DNA from: Narcine bancroftii
Lineage: Eukaryota
NCBI RefSeq assembly: GCF_036971445.1
Contig: NC_091481.1
Span: 13,950,001-14,014,000, forward strand
Length of the DNA stretch: 64,000 nt
Reading direction: 5' to 3'
The notes under the pieces were generated by a model that was not told the origin of the DNA, ran no database searches, and saw nothing but the letters and a program-made list of their open reading frames with translations. The translations under genes and the position numbers were made by a program. Shown piece by piece: positions 1 to 12,390 of this stretch (within the stretch, counting starts at the first letter, position 1; each line of letters starts with the position of its first letter).

Positions 1-195
1 GAGGGTTTTGCCTGTGATGACCTGGGCTGTGTACACTACATTTTGCAGGGCTTTACGCTCGGGGGTTTTGGTGTCCCCATACCAGACCATGATGCAGCCA
101 GTCAGCACACTTTCCAGCGCACATAATGGCGTAAACATTTATAATTTGCCTTCTGTCGGTTAAAAGATTTACAGATATAGTTTAGAAAGTCTTAC

Positions 196-284
196 CTTAA
201 AGCCACCTCTGGAATGGCCTATGAGGACTTCCTTTCTCTCTCTATGCCTGCACACTCTACCATGTAAAACTGTTATTGAGGTTC
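196..284 (-). CDS. Candidate exon of an unidentified minus-strand gene
   Basis: ttccccacag|...AAG|gtaaga on the - strand; single open frame TSITVLHGRVCRHRERKEVLIGHSRGGFK, phase-compatible with 733-836. Confidence 0.3.
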
Positions 285-732
285 CTGTGGGGAAATGTAA
301 TTACACCACTAGGTCACCAGAGGTCATCCCAGTGACCTTGTATATAAAGCAGTCCAGAGGTACAGTCTAGCCTTCCAGGTTCATCATCCCGGTGACCTTG
401 TGATGTAATTACATATCACCACAGTTCCCCTGTCAAACAAGCAGACACACATGTGTTTACTGAATCCTGCAGTCAGAGCATCAAGATCTTGGTCTGCTGT
501 CCTGCCACTGTCCACATATTGACCATATTTTAAGACACCACAATTTCACTGTAATTGGTGGAGTCCTGGCCAACCAAGAGAAAGGGCTCGCCTAACTAAC
601 TCTCAGTGAAGTGAGGACAAAGCAAAGGGTTGGGTGAATGGATTGATCAGCAGAAAGAATGTGCCTGATTCAACACAATACAAACAAACAGTGGGCCCAG
701 ATCATAGAAAAACAACCAATGACAAAACTTAC

Positions 733-836
733 TCTTGGTCTTGCTGACCTCCGTCCTCACAAGCACAGAGACTGTGGGGTCACAGGGATTACAATCAGCC
801 TTTAGACTCACATTCAACTGTCTATTATTCATCAGC
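733..836 (-). CDS. Candidate exon of an unidentified minus-strand gene
   Basis: tttttacag|...|gtaagt on the - strand; single open frame LMNNRQLNVSLKADCNPCDPTVSVLVRTEVSKTK. Confidence 0.35.
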
Positions 837-869
837 CTGTAAAAATATATATTGAATGAATGAATGAGA

Positions 870-2870
870 GATGAGAATCAGGATTATTTGTCATGAACGA
901 GTCATGAATTTGGTGTTTTGAGGCAGATTCGTAGTGCAAACATACATATTATCGCCATCTTATGACATTAATGTATAAAAAAATCAATAATAGAGCACGA
1001 AAAGTAAGGCAGAGTCTATGGATCATTCAGGAATCCGATGGCAGTGGGGAAGAAGCTGTCCTGGTGCAGCTGAGTGCTCGTCTTTAGGCTCCCGTACTTT
1101 TTTCCCCAATGGTTTCAGAATGAAGAGGGAATGGCCTGGGTGGTGGGATTCTTTGAGGATAGAGGCTGCTTTTTAAGACACCGCCTCGTGTAGATGTCCT
1201 CGATGGAGTGAAGTCTGGTGCCTGTGATGTCGCAGGCTGAGTTAACAACCCTCTGGAGTTTATTCTTGTCCTGAGAGTTGGTGCCTCCGTACCAGGCACT
1301 GATGCAACCAGCCAGAATGCTTTCCACAGTACACCTGTAGAAGTTTATGAGAGTGTTTGATGACATACTGAATCTCCTCAGACACCTCATAGCATATAGC
1401 TGCTGGCGAGCCTTCTTTGTGATTGCATCAATGTGGAGGCTCCAGGACAGATCCTTGGAGATGTTGACACCAGTAATTTGAAGTTCTTGGCACCCTCCAT
1501 TACTAAGCCCTTGATGAGGACTGGGTCGTGTTCCCCTGATTTCCTCCTGAAGTCCACAATCATCTCCTTGGTTTTGCTGACATTGATCATACAGTTGTTG
1601 TTACACCTTCAACGAGCTGATCTATCTCCCTCCTGTACGCTTCCTCATTGCCGTTTGTGATTCTGTCAACACTGTGGGATCATCGACAAACTTGTAGATA
1701 GCATTGGAATTGTGCCTGACCACATAGTTGTGGGTGCATAATGAGTAGAGCAGTGGGCTGAGCATGCATCCTTGGGGTGCACCTATGTTGATGATCAGTG
1801 AGGAGGAGACGTTGTTTCCAATTCGTACTGACTGTGGTCTTCCGATGAGAAAGCTACAGAGTGGGGTACAGAGGCCTAGCGTTTGTAGTTTCTTGACCTG
1901 CACTGAGAGAATAATGGTATTGAAGGTCAAGCTGTGGTCCATGAAGAGAAGCCGTATGTATGAATTTCTGTTTTCAAGGTGATTCAGAGCAGAGTGGAGA
2001 GCCAGCAATATTGCATCTGCTGTGGAGCGATTGTGATGGTAGGTGAATTACAGTGGGTCTAGATCTTTACTTAGGTACGTGTTAATTCTGGCCATGACCA
2101 GCCTCTCAAAGCATTTCATTACAGTTAAAGTTAGTGCTGCTGGGCAGTAGTCATTGAGGCAGCCCAGCTAGTCTTCTTGGATACTGGAAAGATTGATCCC
2201 CTTTTGAAGCTGGTGGGTACCTCTGACTGCCAAAATTAGAGGTTGGAAATGTCCATGAATGCTCCGGCTGGTTGGTTGGTGCAGATTTTTAGTACCCTGC
2301 CAGGTACATCGTCAGGGCCTGATGCCTTGTGAGGGTTCTCCCTCTTGAATGATGTTCTACCGTCGCCCTGAGAGACACAGGGTCCTTAGCCTTTTCAGGG
2401 ATTCTAGTCATCACTGTCTTGTTCTTCTCTTCAAAGCAGGCATAGAACCTCATTGAGTAATGAAGCATCGCATCCATCTCTAATGTTCGGCCTCGCTTTG
2501 TAGGCTATAATGGTCTGCACTCCCTGCCATAGCTGCTATGTATCAGTCTCTGTCTCTAGCTTCCTCTGGAATTGCCACTTTGCTTCAGAGATGGCCTTCC
2601 GCGGGTCACCTGGACTTCTGGTAAAAATCTCAATCCCTGGCCTTAAATGCCCTTGTTCTCACCCTGAGCAGGTGGTGGATTTCTGATTCATCCAGGGCAT
2701 CTGGTTGGGGAACACCTGGTATTTGCAATGTGGGTACACATTCATCCACGCAGGTCTTGATGAAGTTGGTGACACCTGTTGCATATTCATTCAAGTCTAT
2801 GGATGAGTTCTTGAATATGTTCTAGTCCATCGATTCAAAGGAGTCCCGCAGACACTCCTCTGCAGTTTAC
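870..2870 (-). mobile_element. Degraded Rex1/Babar-type LINE
   Basis: Broken RT frames ALHSALNHLE..RLLFMD, GAPQGCMLSPLLYSL..KFVDD, FYRCTVESIL..WYG. Confidence 0.88.
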
Positions 2871-4111
2871 TGTCATATACAGAAGTACAATATACAAATT
2901 TACCAAATTCTTGCTTGATGCAGTCACACAGGTAAATTAGATACATCAACAACAATAGTATAAATTAAATTACTACAATCTGCTATGGGACAGAAAAAGA
3001 GATAATGCATATAAGAGGATTGATAAATAAATACTCATAATTGCAATTAATAAGTTGAGGAATTTATCTTTTAATTAAGACCTCTGATTCAGGGATAATT
3101 CCTAACATCAAGAATAACTGTAGAATTCTATTTTTGTCACAGTTTTCCTCTCTTAGTCTCTCTCTCTCTCCCCCCCTGTTATGCTTCCTAACACTAACCA
3201 ACACATATTACATCTCTCTCTCTCACTCTCTGTTGAGGAGTCACACCCCTTTTAACTCTCATTCTCCCAAAATCTCCAACAGAGAACTGCCCCCTCCATC
3301 AATTGTCCCTCTAACACAATCAACATACATAACTTAGTGATTTGGCCTTGGAATGTTTGTCGAACACTCTAGAGGTGGGTCTTATTGTTGCCCTGCACTG
3401 TTATAGTTGGCCCTAATCCTAACACCCTGAACTGTGATTCTTTAGCATGTTTCTTAGATCCTTCACACCAACATTTGCCCTTATCCCAACTGTTAAGAAA
3501 TGGTCGAATAAGTTTCACTCCCTCATACACCTGAACAAAACACTCTCCTTGCCTCGCCTGATTCCTTTTTTACTGACCACCTCAAACCAGGTATCTCGAT
3601 GATAACCCAATGTTCATCATGCCCTTTTGTTTGACTGGTCTTGCTCTGTCTCCGTTGCGGTAATTATATTCCATGCCCATTCCTTCACAAGGACAGAAGC
3701 CCTATTTGTTCTGAGCCTTTGTTTTCCAGAACATTTCCATCTATAATCTTTAACTACCCTGTGGTTTAAAAAAAAACAGACAAGACACTAAAGCAACACA
3801 GGAGCATTTCAGACAAAAAACAATTCAGTTATGAAATCAAGACAACCCAAAATGCTGTGCAACCAATGTGTTTTAAATTATATAAAATGAGCCACGGTAG
3901 TTAGTGAAGAAATTAATGATTGAACATCTTGACACTTATTTGTGTCAAGGAAGACTACAAGGAATTGTTAACAATTGAAATATTTGACATCAGTCAATAA
4001 AATTAAAAACTTTTAAACACTATACCTCCAAACATATGTAGTACAGATATCTGAGCATGAGATCAATTGTCAGCAATAATGCAATGATAACATCTGCTAT
4101 GCACACTTCCT

Positions 4112-4125
4112 CCACTAGATGGCAG
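4112..4125 (+). promoter_or_regulatory. Candidate CTCF site
   Basis: ccactagatggcag fits the CTCF core consensus CCASYAGRKGGCRS; lies in non-repeat DNA about 8 kb upstream of kcp. Confidence 0.5.
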
Positions 4126-5089
4126 GGTGCCTCTAAATCCAAGATGACAGGATGCTCTGAACATTGTCAATTAAGTGCAATGTCCAACAGCAACCACGGA
4201 CAATCACAGAAAAGGAGGGCAAATTTTAAATATATATGGGGCTCATTTTTAGACCACTTCAGGGATTATTTAATTTCTAATTTTTGTGCATTTGCTGAGG
4301 ATGTGAGGGCATTTCACGCTACTCCAATTTCACCAAAACAAACATTATTAACACAAGCTAGAAGTGTGCAGTTAGAAAATGTGACAGGAGTTCATGTTTA
4401 ATACTGATCTGATGGCAACCCTGCTCACTGATTCAGTTAACATAAGTACAGCTGTTATGGAAAACACAACATCAAACCATCCCCAGCCCACCCTATATGC
4501 ACCACTTAAAAGCATGACCAATTAACTGCAGTTTATTGGTGTTTGTTTGGGAAGTAAGTCGAGTGCAAATAGGAAGGCCAACCGGAAACGCTGCGGCTGA
4601 AATCAATCTTCATTTACACTCTCTGACCATGAAAAAATCAGGACGAATGAGAATTCAGCACTTTCCGGAGATTGGGGAGAGAATGCAGGGTGCAGTCCAA
4701 ACTGCTGGAAGAAGATGAAGGGGGAGAGTAAAAGAAAGAACCTCAGCAGGATGCCCTAACCTCAAATATCATTCAGATGTGGATTTGGCAAGGGCAGAGA
4801 CTATGGAGGAAATGTGAAAGAAGGAGGAAAAAGATTTAAACAAAGTGAGGCTGCAGTATGTTGGGAGCTTTCAGGGATCTGGGCTCATTATTCATGAAAC
4901 GTGCAAGTTAATTAGAAGAACCAAAGAAATGTGGACCTTATTGGAAGAGTTTTGGAGTATAAAAGCATGAATGCTTTAATGCTATTGTGTAATATACTAG
5001 CTTGCCTTTATAGGAAAACAAAAGTAATCAAATTGTCTGTATTTATGTACCTGATAATAAAGGAATCTAGAATCTTGAGACCACACCTC

Positions 5090-6120
5090 AAAATTCAAAG
5101 TTCAGATTTATTGTCAAAGTATATACAACCCTGAGATTCATTTTCCTGTCTGTATTCAGGAAAAGGTAAGTTTACAGAAGAGAAATGTAAAGAAAGAAAA
5201 AAAGAAATGTAAACAAATTGAGTGTGAAATTCAGAAAAAAAATATCCAATAAGAAGTAATGTGCAAAGTAAGAGCCCTGAAATGAGTCTCTGATATTCAG
5301 TTTGTTGTTGAGGAGTCTGATGGTGGAGGGCTAGCAGCTATTCCTGAACCAGGGGGTGTGAGTCTTGTGGCTCTGATGGCTCAGTGGTTAGAGCACTGGT
5401 CTTGTAAACCAGGGATTGTGAGTTAGTTCCTCGCTGGAGCCTCATTTCTGTGAGGGGTGCTTGACAAAATGGCGACTCTCCGTCTTATGGTAGATAAAGT
5501 TAACCTTTACCTATACTTCTTTCCTGATGGCAGCAGCGAGAAGATAGGATGTCCTGGGTGGTGTGGATCCTTGATGATTGTTGCTGCTGCTCTCTGATGG
5601 CAGTGTTCCATGTAGATTTTCTGGATAGTGGGGAAAATTTTGTCTGATGAACAGGGCTGTGTCCACTACCTTTTGCAGGGCTTTCTGCTCAGAGATATTG
5701 CCAGGAAAGGTCTCCAGAAAATAGTGACTCTCTCTGATTCCCCAATGATCACTGGATTGTACACCTCTGGTTTTCCCTTCCTAAAGTTCATGGCCAGCTT
5801 CTTGCTTTTGGTGACATTGAGTACAATGTTGTTGATGGTGCACCATTCGGCCACGTTTTCAATCTCCCTCCTGTAGGCTGACTCATCCCCCCTTTTTATA
5901 CAACCCACTGCTGTGGCATTGTCAGCAAATTTGTAGATGGTGTTATTGTCGTACGGAGCCACACAGTCGTAGAGGTAGAGTGAGTGGAGCAGGGGGCTAA
6001 GAACACAACCCTGTCGTGCTCAGGTACTGATGGAAATTGTGGAGGAAATGTTCTTACCAATCCTCACTGACTGTGGTCTGGCAGTGAGGAAATCCAGGAT
6101 CCAATTACACAGTGGGGTGT
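5090..6120 (-). mobile_element. Rex1/Babar-type LINE fragment with a nested SINE
   Basis: IYKFADNATAVG..DESAYRREIE..LNVTKSK; shares 3' UTR sequence with the copy at 39570-40160. Confidence 0.8.
5369..5442 (+). tRNA. tRNA-Thr(TGT)-derived pseudogene or SINE head
   Basis: ggctc..gctcagtggttagagcactggtcttgtaaaccaggg..cctcgctggagcct resembles vertebrate tRNA-Thr(TGT). The T-loop/B-box is mutated (gagttagttcc), there is no oligo-T terminator, and it is inserted in a LINE, so it is probably not a functional tRNA. Confidence 0.7.
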
Positions 6121-7169
6121 TCAATATGGTGTACAATTTTGGTTTTCATCTTTAAGGTAGGAGGTCTATGCATTAAAGGCAATGTCCAGAAGATTTCACC
6201 AGGCTGATTACTGGGATGAAGGGAATGAGTAGATTGGGCCTATACACCAAGTATAAAAGAATGAGAAGTGATCTAATTGAAATGTATAAAATTCCAGAGG
6301 GGATTGACAGGGTGTAGGCGTAAAGTAAGATGTATGACTCCACATGGGGATATCTAAAACTAGAAGGCACAATTTAAGGTCAACCACTTCAGATAGAGAA
6401 GAGGAAGAATTTTTTTCATCGTGCATCATATCTATTTAGAATTCTTTACTGCAGAGAGGTGTGTAGATCTTGAACTGAATATAATCAGTGATGCGCAGGG
6501 AGACAGGGATAGGGAGAGAGAATGGGAATGTGACAAGAAAGACCAAGTCTGGATTAGCCACAATTTTATTGACTGGTGGAGCAAGTTCCGTCTCTTTCTG
6601 CTCTTGTTTCTAATATTCTTTAGAGGACCACAAAAATTGTTTATTCCAGAAGAGACTGGTCCATCTACAGTCCAGTTGTTCTCAACCTTTTTCTTTCCAC
6701 TCATACCACTTTAAGTATTCCCTATACCATAGGTGCTCTGTGATAAGTAAGGGATTGCTTAAGGTGGTATGTGGATGGAAAGAAAAAAATCACTGTTTTA
6801 ATCATACCTAATTGACTTGTTATGCCTTTGGTCGAAAGGAAATGGACCAATGACAATTTTTTGCAGCAAAATATTTCAGTAACAATTGGATCGAGAGCAG
6901 TAATCCTCAACCTTCCCTTCCCACCCACGTACCACCTTCAGAGAAAGTGTCAGGAATTAGGGTTTGCTGCAGCCTCCACAACCTGGCCCTGCTGTGGGTG
7001 CAGCCATTGCTAGCCGCAGATAAGAGCAGGAAGAGGAGCTGTGGGAAAAGGAAGAAGTAGGTGGAGCAAGGAGAGGAGGAGGAGGAGGAAGGCAGAGACA
7101 TTGTCACTTGTCCATTTCTAGATGAACAATCAGTGAGCATTTAATTTATCAGTTATCCCCATGTTATGT

Positions 7170-7411
7170 TAAGAATACAGCAGGGTAACGAGCCCTTTCA
7201 GCCCACGAGCCCATGCATCCAATTACAGCCAATTGATCTTCACCCACGGTACGTTTTTGAACAGTGGGAGGAAACCGGAACACCCGGAGGAAACCCACGT
7301 AGACATGGGGAGGATGCACAAACTCCTTACCAACAGCGCCGATTCAAACCCCAGTGCCGATCACCGCCGCTGTAACAACGTTGTGCTAACAGCTATGCCA
7401 ACCGTGCCACC
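7170..7411 (-). mobile_element. tRNA-derived HE1/V-SINE-like SINE
   Basis: Head ggtggcacggt..agc..tag and core gtgggtttcctccgggtg.tccggtttcctccca. Related copies near 19441-19660(+), 22575-22750(-), 33440-33690(-), 38608-38845(+), 48353-48570(+), 60226-60405(+). Confidence 0.8.
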
Positions 7412-8517
7412 CCAAATGACCCACTTCTCTGCAGGTCCTGTTTCAATCTCCTTCTGCAGCTGATCACCTGGTTCCTTTTAGTGAAAACCATAATTACCTT
7501 AAAGTACATACATATTTCAACTAATTATTCTTCAACTTTTGTTTTGTAAACATGGAAAAGGCCATACATTCCCTCATTCAATAACATCACAGTTGATCCT
7601 TTACATCAGTAACATTTTCTTGTATGGACCCCTTATCCTATAATTCCTTTCATACCTAAATTTGACCAGCCCTTGTGTAGAGAATTCCAAAGGTTCACTC
7701 CCCTCAAAGTGAATACATTTATTTTTGTCTGCAATGAATGACTAACCCTTTATTTTGACTACTGTTTCTCGACATCCCCTGAGAGCAGAAATATCTACCC
7801 CGTCAAGCCCATAAAAATGTTGTATATTTCAATGAGATTATCTCCTACAAGTTTAGTCTGCTTAATCTGCTTTAAAAAAAAACTGCAGCCCCTGGAATCA
7901 ACCTGGTGAATCTTTGCTAGACCTTCTCCCTGTCACAAGTTCATCACTCTGTGCTTTGGAAGACACCATATTGCAAATAGAGTCTGGGCAGAACTCTATA
8001 TAATTGGAGCAAGATGCCTGTATTTGTACACAATATTCTTGCAATAAAGGCCAGAATATTTTTTGTCTTTAAACACTTCCTGTACATCCATAAGAATGTC
8101 TTTGTCTGTTGCAATTGAAGTTACACGCTTTCAGCGAAACATAAATGATAGTGGGAAATGAGGAAACACAACACAAAAGAAATAGGCATGTGTGCACTAT
8201 TATCTCTCATTATCACGCCTAAGGTTTTTAGTTATAGTGGATTCACTCCGATCCAGGATATAAGTCAGTGGAAGAGCACTTGATTCTTGAGATATGTTCA
8301 CCAAAACATTATCTTTAAAAGGTTATGGAAATGTATTATTCATGGTCAGTCATTATGTTCAGCTGAAGTGCCTACAGTGGGTGAAGAAATGCAATTTATT
8401 TCTTTTTTTTAATATTTTTATTGAGTTTAACAAAAACCCTTTACACAAGGCTTACTAATGATAACATAAATCAAATCATTTCATATACATATCACATACC
8501 AATTGTAAATTAGAGGT

Positions 8518-8628
8518 CTTTCTTCCTTGGCTTGGCTTCGTGGACGAAGATTTATGGAGGGGTGTGTCCACGTCTGCTGCAGGCTCGTTGGTGACTGACA
8601 AGTCCGATGTGGGACAGGCAGGCACGTT
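8518..8628 (-). mobile_element. 5'-truncated 3' tail of the same RTE family
   Basis: Reverse complement closely matches about 27615-27722 (..gacgtggac..ccctccataaatcttcgtcc.cgaagccaagccaa). Confidence 0.9.
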
Positions 8629-8989
8629 AGAGGTATAACCATAATTATTACATATCTTATTATTACATTCCAATTATTACATATCTATATTTATATAATT
8701 ATAATAATGAAGTAACTTGTACTATGTTCAAAAATAATATAAATAATACATGCAAAATTCATGTATAGATTTTATACTTTTCTGATGTGATCATGTTTTG
8801 TGATATGATCCATAATCTGGAGTTAAATACGCCTTTACTTATTTGTCTCAATAAAAAGGAAAAGAAAATTTCCCCACTAATCTACCCCCTGCCTCGAAAC
8901 AAGGTTATCTGTATATATTGTAAATATGAATTGAATAATGGCCCCCAGACACCAGACAGGGAGTCCCCGGAGCATCCACACAACTTAAA

Positions 8990-9500
8990 TCCTCAGATTA
9001 TGATAATAATCCATGAATTGGCCCCACATTTTATCAAATTCAGATTTTGCATCTTTAATATTAGATCTATTTTTTTCCCAAACTTAAATAAGATGTGATA
9101 TCATGTAACCATTGAATGTGATTGGGTGAAGCATTATCTTTCCACTTCATCAAAATTGCTCATCTAGCTATCAATGAAGCAAAATCTAGGATTCTCTTCT
9201 GGGTTGAGGACAGAGATATATTCTCTTCCAGAGATAAACCAAATAAAGCAATCAAAGAATCGTTGATAAAGTTTGGAAAATATTTTTCCAAAAATGTTGT
9301 AAGTGCGGTCACTCCCAAAACATATGAATCAATGCTGCTTCAATAATGTTACACATCACATAAAGGGTCCAATAAAAATGAGATAATTTAACTTTAGACA
9401 TATGTATTCTGTGCTCCACCTTAAATTGCAAAAAACAATGTCGTGCACAAAATGAAGACTAGTTGATCAAATTAAGAATTACGTCCCAATCTTCGTCCAA
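8990..9500 (-). mobile_element. Degraded L1-clade LINE 3' fragment
   Basis: AT-rich; the reverse strand resembles the L1 ORF2 C-terminus also seen at 62380-64000. Confidence 0.55.
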
Positions 9501-9659
9501 TTACAGATTAAAGAAACTGAACTTGGAGGATTAATGTATAGGACAACTGAGTGTTATGTCTGAGTGATGCTTGATGGATATGTATGATTGTTGAATGATG
9601 AGGATGAATTTCACTGCACAGTTTGTGAGCAAGTGGTGATTTCGGAAGGAAAGCAAAGT

Positions 9660-10040
9660 AAAGATGTGTTTTTTTACACAGAATTGCTGGAAAAACTCAG
9701 CTGTCAGCAGCGTTCTTTATATAGCAATGTTAAAGATACATAACTAATGTTTCATGCCTAGATATGAACAAAAAGTAGCCAGGCGCCTGAATAAAATAGT
9801 ATGGGAGCGGCAGGGGGAGGGGCACAAGATATAGGTGAGAGGGAATGAGAAAAAAATCTGAAAAATGATAGGAGAAGGGGTGAGCTCTCTGAATGGAGAG
9901 TGAAGGAGTGGAGTGCTGAAGGAAAGGAGACAAAGGGATAGGAAAGAGAGAAATAGGAGTGGCCTAATGTAATCTGGAGAAGATGTTAATGCCATCCAGA
10001 TGGAGAGTGCCCAGACAGAATACAGGGTGTTACTCCACCA
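9660..10040 (-). mobile_element. Penelope-like element remnant
   Basis: Reverse strand reads ..FCLGTLHLDGINIF (Penelope C-terminal LGTLxPxGxN type) followed by pLTR-like sequence. Related pieces near 19130-19400, 20990-21260, 21680-21810, 30290-30400, 49090-49200, 58630-58800, 61010-61420. Confidence 0.65.
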
Positions 10041-10339
10041 ATTTGTGGGTGGACACTTTTGTCACCCGTGATCTCATTAAACTTCTTGCCATAATAGATC
10101 AAAGGCAGTGGAGGTGCTGAATTTGCTTCCTAATTCATCCCACTGCAACTTGACGATATGCCTTCTCATCACATCCACAAGATCACATTGGGGAAATAGA
10201 ATGGGGAGTGGGTGATTCCTACTGAGATTGGCTATTAGCTTATGCACTATTGCCCAATGCCAGTTGATCAATAGGCATAAGCCACCCACCATGCCTCTGC
10301 TTTGTTCTCTGGTTCTACTGATACTTGGCATCCAGTCCC

Positions 10340-10550
10340 CAGTCTTACTGCACCCTCAGGGTAGGACTCTGCCCCCGCTCATAACCTCAATATGGGACTC
10401 TGCCCCACCCAGCCCCTCAGAGTGGGACCTCTTCCCATCCACACCCTCAAGGTGGGGTACTGTCTCACCATCAGGGTGGTACATCACACCAATCTGCACC
10501 CTCAGGGTAGAACACTGCCCCACCCAGCCCCTCAGGGTGAGACTCCACCT
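10340..10550. repeat. Degenerate tandem repeat (core ccctcagggtRg)
   Basis: About 6-7 imperfect recurrences of ccctcagggt with C-rich spacers. Confidence 0.7.
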
Positions 10551-10799
10551 CCACACATCATCAAAATTCTATTCAATCTGCTTCCATAAGATGGAAGTCT
10601 TCTGCTCTGCCATTTTCAGAACAGGACAGCGGCCTATCCTTGAGCCAGGCCACTACTCACCCAACGTCCCGCCTTGGATCTGGGGTTCCAACTACACCAT
10701 CTTTGACTTCTGCTTCACACCCTTGAGTCTTGCTCACCCATTCCAGTTGCAGCTTGACCATTCCAACTGCTGCAACGTCACTCTCATCCAGATTGGGTC

Positions 10800-11031
10800 T
10801 GAACCCACATATCCAGCCTCCATCTACGGGCTGTTCCCAGGGTCACACACAGAGTCAGATATTCAGAAGACCATCAACTACCCTAAACCTGTTGGCCTTT
10901 CAGCATATGGAGATGTCAGTGAGGGAATGCTGTCAACTGGCACATTTCAGGTTGCAGGTGTACGTGCTGAGGGACGCGCTGAGCTTTGTGCAGCCAACAT
11001 GAGGGCACTGTGGGGAAGGACCACAGTCTAG
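10800..11031 (+). mobile_element. Tx1-like LINE 3' fragment
   Basis: Frameshifted IYGLFPGSHTESDIQ..SVRECCQLAHFRLQVYVLRDAL..ALWGRTTV*, resembling a Tx1 ORF2 C-terminus as recalled. Confidence 0.6.
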
Positions 11032-11089
11032 AGTTCTTCTGTGACTGGGCACTGATGGGGAGACCAAGGGGAAGTCCGTCAAACAACAG

Positions 11090-11680
11090 TGTGGGTCAAG
11101 AACTTCAAATTCCTGGGTGCCAACATCTCTGAGGATCCATGTTGATACAATTACCAAGAAGGCTCTCCAACGGCTATACTTAATGAGGAGTTTGAGGAGA
11201 TTTGGTACGTCACCAAAGACTCAAAAAATTCAACAAGTGGAGAGCATTCTGGCTGGTTGCACCACTCTCTGGTATGGAGGTGCCAAAGCTCAAGACAACA
11301 AAAAACTCCAGAGGGATGTTAACTTGGCCTGCAACATCACAGGCACCAGACTTCACTCAATCAAGGACATCGACAAGAGGTGGTGTATTAAAAAAGCAGC
11401 GACTAATCTTCAAGGACCCCCACCATGACCTCGTCACTGTGCTACCTCGGGAAAAAGGAACAGGAGCCTGAAGACGAGCATTCAGGGGCACAAGGGCAGC
11501 TTCTTCTCTGCTGCCATCAGATTCCTGAATGAACAAGAACCATGGACACTACCTTGCTTTATCTTTTTCTTTTCCTTGCATTATTTTTTATTTATTTTGT
11601 ACGTAGTTTATATAAATGTTTGCACTGTCATGTAGCAAAAACAACAAATTTGTGACATGTTCATGTCATAAATTCTGATA
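11090..11680 (+). mobile_element. Rex1/Babar-type LINE 3' fragment
   Basis: [28 protein letters not shown]; same family as 870-2870. Confidence 0.85.
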
Positions 11681-11899
11681 TGATTGATACCATCGTGTGT
11701 AAAGACTTTGAAGTTTTCTTGTTTGGAAATAATTTATTATAAATAAAGACTATTTTTGAAAAAAAATTCAGACTCAACACCCCCCCTTCCCCCCACTTTT
11801 CCAAATCACCCTCTCATCCCATAAGCCATTCGCTCCCTCCCTCTTATCACCCGTTACTATCTCACAGCCAACTCAGCCCTCCCGTCCCTCTCTTCTCAC

Positions 11900-12310
11900 C
11901 CCTCATCCCCACCCCGGATCTGCACAGCCAGCCCACACACGGCCTCCTCCGCTCCGGCCGCACGGGGGTGGCTCCAGTCCGGGTTTTTGCAGCGGCTCCG
12001 ACTGCGGGATCGGATCGGAGCGAGCGGTCGACACCCCGCGCAGAGCGCGAGCGTCGGCCAGCAGTGCCCTGGCCGCAGGAGCAGCCCGGAGACCCGGCTG
12101 AAGGGTAGCGCCCGGATCCGGACCCTCCCGCCCCTTGCCCCTCACTCACTGACCTCCAGCCTCTCCTCGACTTATTTCTTTTTAAGACCCTCTCTGGTTC
12201 CTCCCCCCTCCGCCACTTCTTCCTTCTCCCTCCTGCTGTGGATCATCTGGACCCTCTTGGACTGGGCTGCTCCTGGGGAGGTCCGCGATGTCCTGGCTGC
12301 CGGCACTGTG
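11900..12310. promoter_or_regulatory. CpG island, probable kcp promoter and 5' UTR
   Basis: The only non-repeat CpG-dense, GC-rich stretch in the window, directly upstream of the signal-peptide ATG. Confidence 0.75.
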
Positions 12311-12390
12311 CCTGGTGGCACAGGCACCCCTGCTGTGGCAGGTAGTGGTTGGAACCCACATCTCCCAGCCCTACTACCACCAGGAAAATG
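12288..12390 (+). CDS. kcp: kcp exon 1: signal peptide [34 protein letters not shown]
   Basis: ATG at 12288 (ccgcgATG) next to a CpG-rich region, hydrophobic leader, strong donor G|gtaagt at 12391. The phase-1 end joins exon 2 to give [10 protein letters not shown]. Confidence 0.85.

Noticed and set aside
10228-11031. 267-aa ORF
   Set aside because: It runs through a tandem repeat and a frameshifted Tx1-like fragment; no coherent domain.
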